Positions 52,193 to 59,635 of a DNA stretch of 64,000 nt are shown here, one piece after another (within the stretch, counting starts at the first letter, position 1; the number at the start of each line of letters is the position of its first letter). A program made the position numbers and the translations under genes. This stretch comes from an uncultured Acidobacteriota bacterium (GTDB lineage: Bacteria; Acidobacteriota; Thermoanaerobaculia; UBA5066). The stretch lies in assembly GCA_963779415.1 (NCBI GenBank), contig CAVZYA010000003.1, forward strand, positions 128,001 through 192,000, read 5' to 3'. Under the pieces are notes generated by a model. It was not told the origin of the DNA. It did no database searches and saw nothing but the letters and a program-made list of their open reading frames with translations.

Positions 52193-53916
52193 CGGAGAGG
52201 CTCACGGGAGCCGAGCTGGTGGTCCGCGCGATGGTGGACGAGGGGATCTCCCTCGCCTTCGGCATCCCGGGGACGCACAACATCGAACTCTACGACGCGC
52301 TCGCCGCGACCCCCTCCATCCGGGCCATTCTCGTCACGGACGAGCAGAGCGCCTCCTTCATGGCCGACGCCGCCGCCCGCGCGACCGGGCGGATCGCCTG
52401 CGTGAACGTCGTTCCGGGAGCCGGCCTGACGCACGCGATGTCGGGAATCGCGGAGGCGTACCTCGACGGGATCCCGATGCTCGTCCTCGGATGCGGCATC
52501 CGGCGCGACACGGGGAAGGCCTACCAGCTCCACGACGTGGACCAGATCGCCCTCGCCCGCCCCGTGACGAAGGCGCAGCTCCGTCCCGGGAGGGGCGCGG
52601 AGCTGTACGACGTCGTCCGCCGCGCCTGCCGGATCGCGCGCGCCGGCGTCCCCGGCCCCGTCTTCGTCGAGGTGCCGGCCGACCACTACCTTTTCCGGCA
52701 CGACGCGAGCCTCGCGCCTCCGCCCCCCGAGTCGGCGCCGCCGGCGCCGAGCGAGGAGGCCGTCTCGATCGCGGCCGAGCTTCTCCGCAAGGCGAGGCGG
52801 CCGCTTCTCTACCTCGGCCTCGGCGCGGCCGGCGCGGGTGCGGATCTCGTCGCTCTCGCTGAGCGGCTGCAGTCTCCGGTGGCGACGACGTTCCAGGGGA
52901 AAGGGGTCTTCCCCGAGTCCCACCCTCTCTGGCTCTGGCCCGGCTTCGGCGATGCCGCGCCGCCGTTCGTCCGGGCGGCCGCCGCCACCTGCGACGCCAC
53001 CCTCGCCATCGGCTGCCGCTTCGGCGAGGTGGCGACCGGAAGCTACGGGCTCTCGCCCCGCCGGCCGCTGATCCACGTCGACATCGATCCGGCCGTCCCC
53101 GGCCGGAACTTCCCCGCCGATCTCGCCGTCACCGCCGACGCCGCGGCTTTCGTCGCCGCACTTCTTCCGAAGCTGACGCCCCGCACCGCGGACGCGCCGC
53201 TTTGCCGGAATCTCGAGGAAGGGCGGTCCGAAGCCGGACGGGAGATGTCGGTGCCGTCCGACGATCGCGTCGCGCCGCACCTTCTCCTCCGGGCGCTCCA
53301 GGAGGAGTTCGGGCCGGAGACGATCTTCACGAGCGACAGCGGGAACGGCACCTTCCTCGCCGTCGAGGGACTCCGCCTCGACCGCCCCGGCCGGCTCCTC
53401 TCCCCCGTCGACTTCTCCTGCATGGGCTACGCGGTCCCCGCCGCGATCGGCGCGAAGCTGGCCGCCCCGTCCTCGCCCGTCGTCGCCCTCGCCGGCGACG
53501 GCGCGTTCCTGATGACGGGCCTCGAGCTCCTCACCGCCGTCCAGAACGGCTGCGGCGTCGCGGTCTTCATTCTCCGCGACCGCGAGCTGGCGCAGATCGC
53601 CCAGTTCCAGTCGACGGCGCTCGGACGGAAGAGCCAGAGCGCTCTTTCGGACTTCGACCTTCCCGGCCTCGCCCGTGCGCTCGGCGTCGAAGCGCTCAGC
53701 CTCTCGCGTGACGCCGAGATTCCGTCGGTCGTCCGGCGCGCGAAGGAGATCTCCGCCTCCGGGCGCCCCGTCCTCGTCGACGTGGCGATCGACTACTCGT
53801 TCAAGACCTACTTCACCCGCGGCGTCGTGAAGACGAACTTCCTTCGCCTGCCGTGGGGGGACCGGCTCCGCTTCGCCCTGCGGGCCGTCTCCCGGAAGGT
53901 GTTCGGGGCGGGCTGA
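52189..53916 (+). CDS. ThDP-dependent enzyme, acetolactate synthase-like family
   Basis: FGIPGTHN, DEQSASFMA, PGAG, GPVFVEVP, IHVDID, MGYAVPAAIGAK, GDGAFLM. Confidence 0.9.
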   Translation: MTERLTGAELVVRAMVDEGISLAFGIPGTHNIELYDALAATPSIRAILVTDEQSASFMADAAARATGRIACVNVVPGAGLTHAMSGIAEAYLDGIPMLVLGCGIRRDTGKAYQLHDVDQIALARPVTKAQLRPGRGAELYDVVRRACRIARAGVPGPVFVEVPADHYLFRHDASLAPPPPESAPPAPSEEAVSIAAELLRKARRPLLYLGLGAAGAGADLVALAERLQSPVATTFQGKGVFPESHPLWLWPGFGDAAPPFVRAAAATCDATLAIGCRFGEVATGSYGLSPRRPLIHVDIDPAVPGRNFPADLAVTADAAAFVAALLPKLTPRTADAPLCRNLEEGRSEAGREMSVPSDDRVAPHLLLRALQEEFGPETIFTSDSGNGTFLAVEGLRLDRPGRLLSPVDFSCMGYAVPAAIGAKLAAPSSPVVALAGDGAFLMTGLELLTAVQNGCGVAVFILRDRELAQIAQFQSTALGRKSQSALSDFDLPGLARALGVEALSLSRDAEIPSVVRRAKEISASGRPVLVDVAIDYSFKTYFTRGVVKTNFLRLPWGDRLRFALRAVSRKVFGAG

Positions 53917-54400
53917 TCGGGCCTCGGCCCCGGCGCCAGCGGCCGCTCCTGCCGCCGCTCTTTTCGACGAGCGCGACCGGGCCGATGACGATCCCCTTGT
54001 CGGCCGCCTTGCACATATCGTAGAGCGCGAGGGCGGCGGCCGAGGCCGCGACGAGGGCCTCCATCTCGAAGCCGGTCTTCCCCGTCCCGCGCACCTCCGT
54101 CCGGATCTCGACGGCGCTCGTCCCTCTCTCCCGCCGGAACGAGACGGAGACGGCGTCGAAAGAGAGCGGGTGGCAGAGCGGGATCCACTCCGCCGTCCGC
54201 TTCGCCGCCTGGATGCCGGCGAGCCGGGCGACGGCGAGCGCGTCCCCCTTCGCGTTCTCCGAGGCGTCCAGGGCGCGGTAGGCCCGCGGCCCGAGCGTCA
54301 CGACGGCGCTCGCCGCGGCCGTGCGGAGCGTCGGCTTCTTCGCCGAAACGTCGACCATCCGCGCCGCGCCGTCAGGCCCGAGATGAGTCAGCCGCTTCAT
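53813..54400 (-). CDS. moaC: Cyclic pyranopterin monophosphate synthase MoaC (true end may be near 53930)
   Basis: LTHL, MVDVSAK, KGD, AGIQAAKRT, IPLCHP, TGFEMEAL, YDMCKA, KSGG. Confidence 0.95.
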   Translation of the reverse strand: MKRLTHLGPDGAARMVDVSAKKPTLRTAAASAVVTLGPRAYRALDASENAKGDALAVARLAGIQAAKRTAEWIPLCHPLSFDAVSVSFRRERGTSAVEIRTEVRGTGKTGFEMEALVAASAAALALYDMCKAADKGIVIGPVALVEKSGGRSGRWRRGRGPISPPRTPSGRRPAGRSGAGPPTAGEGSSSSRRRG

Positions 54401-54977
54401 GCTCGAGCCGCTCGTACTCCTCGTTCGTGTTGACGTTGAAGAACGAGGTCCGGTCTCCCCCCGGCATCTGCGCCGTATCTTCCTCCGGGATCAGGACGGC
54501 GCCGAGCGGCTGCAGCGCCGCCTGAAGGGAGTAGTCCCCCGCGGCGAGGCGGCCGAGGAGCGGAACGAGGGCGCTCTTCCGCCAGACGGCGCAGAGCGTC
54601 TGCGGGACGCCGTCCGCGACCGGGACGACGGCCGGGGCCTGGATCGCTTCCGCCACGTCGAGGAGGGCGGCGAGGAACTCCTCCGGACAGCGCGGGATGT
54701 CGGCCGCGAGAATCAGGTTCGTCTCCTCGGGGCTCCAGGCGAGCGCGGCCGCGACGCCGAAGGCGGCGGCCTGCGGCTCGGCCCCGTCCGGGACGAACGG
54801 GTAGGGCGCCCCCTCGAACGGCGCGGGGTCCTTCCCGACGAACGCGGCCCGCCCGCAGACGAGCGAGAGCTTCTCCGCCTGCCAGACCGCCATCGGGCGG
54901 CCCCGGTACGGGAGGATGGTCTTGTCGCGCCCCATACGTCCCGAACGGCCGCCGACGAGGACGAATCCGAACGCCAT
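54372..54977 (-). CDS. mobA: Molybdenum cofactor guanylyltransferase
   Basis: LVGGRSGRMGRDK, AADIP, SFFNVNT.EE. Confidence 0.9.
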   Translation of the reverse strand: MAFGFVLVGGRSGRMGRDKTILPYRGRPMAVWQAEKLSLVCGRAAFVGKDPAPFEGAPYPFVPDGAEPQAAAFGVAAALAWSPEETNLILAADIPRCPEEFLAALLDVAEAIQAPAVVPVADGVPQTLCAVWRKSALVPLLGRLAAGDYSLQAALQPLGAVLIPEEDTAQMPGGDRTSFFNVNTNEEYERLEHEAADSSRA

Positions 54978-55036
54978 CTCTGGCAGAATGCTACTACCGT
55001 CGTGATTTCGCCCGTTCTCGCCGCCAGCGGGTCGCC

Positions 55037-56568
55037 ATGAGTCCGCCGTCGCGACCATTGCGCGACTTCGACCGGTTCTGGCTTGCGCTTCTCGCCCTTG
55101 CGACGGTCCTCGCCGCCGCCCTCCGCCTTTCCGGCCTCTCGCAGGAGTCGCTGTGGGCAGACGAGGCGCACAGCGTCGCCGTCGCCGGCTACGCCGGATT
55201 TCCGCCCGATCTGCGCCATCTCGATCCCGGTCCTCACCCGACGCTCTTCTTTCGCCTCCTGGGCGTCTGGCTCCAGATGGTCCCTGCGGACGAGGGATGG
55301 CTGCGCCTCCTTCCCGCCCTCTGCGGCATCCTCGCGGTCCCTGCGCTCTACGCCTTCGGACGAGCTCTCCTCCTCCCCCGTCCGGCGTCCGTCCTCGGAG
55401 CTTTCCTCCTCGCGCTCGATCCGCACTCCGTCTGGTACTCGCAGGAGCTTCGGATGTACTCCCTCGAGGGCCTCCTCGGGCTGCTTCATCTCGCGGCCGG
55501 CGCGCGCCTGGCCCGCTGTCGCCGAAGGGATGCGGCACTGCCGTGGGCCGCATGGCTGCTGACCGCTTTCGCACTTCTTCAAACGCACTACTTCGCCGTC
55601 TTCTATTTCGCCGTCGACGCCGTTGGATTCGTCGCCGTTTTTCGTCGCGTCCTGCGGGCTCACCCCGGGGCGCTCCGGCGCACCGCCGCACGGGGTACGC
55701 TCCTGGGCCTCCGCGGTGCGGCGGCGCTCGCGGGAGCGTCGGCTCTTCTCGGGCTCGCCGCGGGTCTCCCCACGCTCCTTGGGCTCCTCGACCGCGTTCG
55801 TTCCGGCGAGGGAATCGACTGGCTTGGCCGCCTCTACCAGATCACGTGGAGAACCCCGTGGCAGATACTCGATGGGCTGGTGGCCGGGCCCCAGATCCGG
55901 GGAGCCCCGGATGCGCTCCGCGCCGCGGCGGTAGCCGCCTTCGTTCTTCTCGTCGGCGCCGCGGCCTGCCGCTCTCCCGGATCGGTCGCGCGCTTCCTCA
56001 CGCCCGTTCGCGCCCGCCGGCTCTGGCCGGCGACCGTCGCCTTCCTGCTCATCGGGCTTCCGACCCTCGCTCTCTCTACAGGGTCGTCATCCTCGGCGGG
56101 GACCGGTACCTCGAGATCGCCGTGGGGCCTCTTGCGCTCGCGGCCGGGACCGGCGCGTATGTCGCGGCCCGACGCGGTTGGCCCACGCGGGTATTCGTCG
56201 TCGCGGCGATCGGCCTCGTCGTCGCGGCGCAGGCCGGCTATCTCTCGACCTACTTTTCCGGACGGGAGAAGCGGATGTTCCGCGAGGCCGTCGGCGTCAT
56301 GACCGCCGAGTCGAGGCCGGGAGACGCATTTCTCACCAGCCTCCTCGCGGAGCGCCTTCCCGTCGAGTTCTACGCGCGAGGCCGCGTCTCCTTCGCGGGC
56401 ACTTCGCCTCCCTCGTCCGGTCGGCTCTGGTTTTTCTCCGAGAGCCCCACGCCGACACCTGCCGAAGCGCGGCTCATCGGAAAGGGCTTCCGGGCAGACG
56501 CGTCGTGGGATATCGGGACATCCTGGTCCTTGACGTCTCTCCGCCTCACCCGCTACGTGAGCCGCTGA
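55037..56568 (+). CDS. GT-C membrane glycosyltransferase (PMT_2/GT39-like), frameshift near 56075
   Basis: LRL..L..ESLWADEA, HPTLFF, LRL, YSQELRMYSL, THYF motifs; many TM helices. Confidence 0.82.
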
Positions 56569-56583
56569 AGCGGGCGTTCTTCC

Positions 56584-57786
56584 TCAGACCAGCTTCAGAA
56601 GATGGCCCATCTTCGTCTTCTTGGTCGAGAGGTAGTCGCGCGTCTGGGCGGTCGGCGGAATCTCGAGAGGGATCCGTTCCACGATCTCGAGTCCGTAGCC
56701 GTCGATCGCGACGTACTTCGACGGATTGTTCGTCATCAGCTTCATCCGCTTCACCCCGAGATCGCGGAGGATCTGGCAGCCGATGCCGTAGTCGCGCACG
56801 TCCGGCGCGAAGCCGAGCTTCTCGTTCGCGGCGACCGTGTCGAGCCCCTGCTCCTGCAGCTCATACGCCAGGAGCTTGTTGAACAGGCCGATGCCCCGCC
56901 CCTCCTGAAGGAGATAGAGAAGGACGCCGCGCCCCTCGGCCGCGATCGTCTCGAGCGCCTTCTCGAGCTGCTTTCCGCAGTCGCAGCGCGCCGAGCCGAA
57001 GACGTCACCCGTCAGGCAGGAGGAGTGGACGCGGACGAGGACCGGGTCGTTCTCCGTCCAGGTTCCCGCCACGAGGGCGAGGTGCTCTTCGTGCGTCACG
57101 TCGGAACGGTAGGCGACCGCCGTGAAATCGCCGAAGCGCGTCGGAAGGTGCGGCGCGGCGACGCGCGTGACGAGCCGCTCGGTCCGCATCCGGTGCCGGA
57201 TCAGCTCGGCCACGGAGACGATCGGGATGCCGTGCGCCTCCGAGAAGCGGAGGAGGTCCGGGACGCGGGCCATCGTCCCGTCCGGGTTCATGATCTCGCA
57301 GATGACGGCCGCGGGAGTCAGGCCCGCGATCCGGGCGAGGTCGACGGACGCTTCCGTCTGGCCGGCTCTCTTCAGGACTCCGCCGCGGCGCGCACGAAGC
57401 GGGAACGTATGCCCCGGGCGGAGGAGGTCGGACGGCTTCGTCTTCGGGTCGATCAGGGTCCGGACGGTCGCGGCCCTGTCGGCCGCCGAGATCCCGGTCG
57501 TCGTCTTGCCGCGCGCCTCGACCGAGACGGTGAACGCCGTCCCGTAGTTCGAGGTGTTCTGCTCCACCATCGGGTGGAGGTCCAGCTCGTCACAGCGCTC
57601 CTCGGTCAGGGAGACGCAGACGAGGCCGCGCCCCTCCTTCGCCATGAAGTTGATCGACTCGGCCGTCACGAATTCGGCGCCGACGCAGAGGTCCCCCTCG
57701 TTCTCGCGGTCCTCGTCGTCGACGATGATGACGAACCGGCCACGAGCGTAGACGGCAGCGGCCTCGGAGACGGAAACGAAGCTCAC
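56584..57786 (-). CDS. ribBA: Bifunctional DHBP synthase / GTP cyclohydrolase II
   Basis: [54 protein letters not shown]. Confidence 0.97.
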   Translation of the reverse strand: MSFVSVSEAAAVYARGRFVIIVDDEDRENEGDLCVGAEFVTAESINFMAKEGRGLVCVSLTEERCDELDLHPMVEQNTSNYGTAFTVSVEARGKTTTGISAADRAATVRTLIDPKTKPSDLLRPGHTFPLRARRGGVLKRAGQTEASVDLARIAGLTPAAVICEIMNPDGTMARVPDLLRFSEAHGIPIVSVAELIRHRMRTERLVTRVAAPHLPTRFGDFTAVAYRSDVTHEEHLALVAGTWTENDPVLVRVHSSCLTGDVFGSARCDCGKQLEKALETIAAEGRGVLLYLLQEGRGIGLFNKLLAYELQEQGLDTVAANEKLGFAPDVRDYGIGCQILRDLGVKRMKLMTNNPSKYVAIDGYGLEIVERIPLEIPPTAQTRDYLSTKKTKMGHLLKLV

Positions 57787-57827
57787 GGGTTCTCCTCTCC
57801 GGCGAGCACCGGTGCGCCCGCGGGGCG

Positions 57828-59198
57828 CTAATTGTAGCGGGAGGTCGGGCCGCCGGCCGGCGCGGTCCCCTCGGGGCGTCCGGAGCGCCCCGCGGGCGGA
57901 GCGAGGACCGAACGCTTTCCGACCTCGCGGAGGAGAGTCTTCAGGAAGACCTCGAACTGCGCCGCGGCGGGAAGGAACGCCCGCGGTTGCCTCTCGCGCG
58001 AGAAGCCGGCGAGAAATCGTTCCACGAGCGACCAGTCCTTGAACATCAGGTGCCGCATCGAGCCACGGCGGAAGGCCTCCAGCGCGGCGACGAGAGTCAG
58101 GAGACCCTTCCTGTCCGGCGCGCTGCGGAAGAACTGCGTCGTCCGGACGAGCTGGGCGAGGTCGTCGCGCAGCCGCTGGCTCTGCTCGCGGCGCGTCCGG
58201 TAGTCGGGGAAGAGGGCCCGTCCGTCCACCTCGGAGGAAAAGGTCTCCGCAAGCGAAATCACGGACTGCTGGTAGAGGTCGCCGAGGAGCCCCGCCGCGT
58301 CCTCGAGGCGGGTCAGGACGAGCCCCGGGTCCCGCATGACGGCCACGTCGACCAGCTCGACCTCCATGACCTTGCGAACCTCCTGCTCCTGCGCGTGGAG
58401 GATCCGCTCGAGCCCTTCGGCGATCGGCGACTCCGCCGGAAACCTGGATCGCAGCCGGCTCCGGAGGTAGTCGCAGAAGGCGTCACTCTCGCCCCGGAGG
58501 AGGCTGAAGACGAGAAGGGCTCTCTTCCGCGAGGCCGGAGAGCCGATCGTGGCGCGGGCCATCTCGACGTAGCGAAGCTCCTTGAAGAGCTGGACGAAGA
58601 GGGTCGCGAGCGTCCCCTTGTGCGCCGGCTCGATGAGGGTCGAGAGGACCCGCTGGAGGGACTGCTTCGACGTCCGGTCGAGGACCGGCCTCAGGTTCTC
58701 GTTGAAGAGGACGCCGAGGTTCGGATCCTGCTTCAGCGTTCCGATGACGATCCGCCCGAGCGAGAGATAGGTCTGGAGCGGGAGGAACGACGCCTTCGCG
58801 AGCTCGTCGAGGACCTTGGAGAAGTCGTCCAGCTTTTCGACGACGAGCGCCAGCTCGGCCTCGGCTCCGGTTCGCCGCCGCGCCGACGGGGCCGAGGAGG
58901 GAATGCGCCCCACCTGCCCGTCGAGATAGAGGAGGAACGACGCGAGATCCTCCTTCCCCTCGCCGAGGAGGTGCGTCGTGAGCATCGCCATGTGGTTCAC
59001 CCCCGTCCGGATGACCCCCACTTCCTCGACGAAGTTCTTGAGCGAGGCGTGCGACCGCTCGAAGGGCGAGAGCGGCAGGTACTCCACCTGGAAGAACCGC
59101 TCCATCCCCTTCAGCCACATCTCCATCTCGAACAGGTAGTCGTATTTCATCCTGTTCGAAAACAGCGAGGACGTCTCGAGGACCGTGAACCGCGGCAT
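57828..59198 (-). CDS. Hypothetical alpha-helical protein, no recognised domain
   Basis: Clean 456-aa ORF with host-like codon usage and TAGACT 10 nt upstream of the start. Confidence 0.75.
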   Translation of the reverse strand: MPRFTVLETSSLFSNRMKYDYLFEMEMWLKGMERFFQVEYLPLSPFERSHASLKNFVEEVGVIRTGVNHMAMLTTHLLGEGKEDLASFLLYLDGQVGRIPSSAPSARRRTGAEAELALVVEKLDDFSKVLDELAKASFLPLQTYLSLGRIVIGTLKQDPNLGVLFNENLRPVLDRTSKQSLQRVLSTLIEPAHKGTLATLFVQLFKELRYVEMARATIGSPASRKRALLVFSLLRGESDAFCDYLRSRLRSRFPAESPIAEGLERILHAQEQEVRKVMEVELVDVAVMRDPGLVLTRLEDAAGLLGDLYQQSVISLAETFSSEVDGRALFPDYRTRREQSQRLRDDLAQLVRTTQFFRSAPDRKGLLTLVAALEAFRRGSMRHLMFKDWSLVERFLAGFSRERQPRAFLPAAAQFEVFLKTLLREVGKRSVLAPPAGRSGRPEGTAPAGGPTSRYN

Positions 59199-59278
59199 CG
59201 GTGTCTCTAGTCTATGCCCTCTGGGTCAGGGATCCCGACTGCCGCTTCCGGAACGCAGGTCGGCAGGCAGCGCGCCCG

Positions 59279-59510
59279 TCAGGCCGACTTTCGGTGGATC
59301 CGCTGGTACGCCGGCGACGCCGCCTGAATGCGGTGCATGGCTTCGCGCGGGTAGACGCGCTCGCCACACGTCGGACACGCGAAAAACCGGAGCTTCGGAA
59401 CGGCGTATCGCTGGCCCTTGAAATCACCCTTCCAGTTCTCGACGACCTCCCGGATCGCGGCACTGCCGCACGTCGGGCAGACGCGGATCGAGCAGTCCGC
59501 CCGAAACCAC
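59279..59510 (-). CDS. YgiT/MqsA-type zinc-finger protein, antitoxin-like (start uncertain, possible indel near the 5' end)
   Basis: CPTCG...YAVPKLRFFACPTCGERVY spacing typical of YgiT fingers. Confidence 0.78.
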
Positions 59511-59511
59511 G

Positions 59512-59596
59512 CTAGAACGCGCGCTTCGACGAGATGAGGAAGTAGAAGTGATCTTCGCCATGAGCCTTGCTTGATGCGGACGAGGATGTCCGACAC
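59512..59596 (-). pseudogene. Remnant of a DUF4258-like toxin gene (N- and C-termini only)
   Basis: GTG-start MSDILVRIK joined out of frame to KAHGEDHFYFLISSKRAF*; 85 nt in total, directly upstream of the YgiT-finger gene. Confidence 0.55.
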
Positions 59597-59635
59597 GCGA
59601 GAAGCATACCTTCCTCGAATCCGGACCGGCCGGCC

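Noticed and set aside
53813-53916. 104-bp convergent overlap of moaC with the ThDP gene as a regulatory feature
   Set aside because: MoaC homology ends at KSGGRSGRW; the tail is low-complexity and may come from an indel or a lost stop.
57787-57835. FMN riboswitch upstream of ribBA
   Set aside because: The leader after TACAAT is only ~45 nt and lacks the FMN aptamer consensus; only a short GCACCGGTGC palindrome is present.
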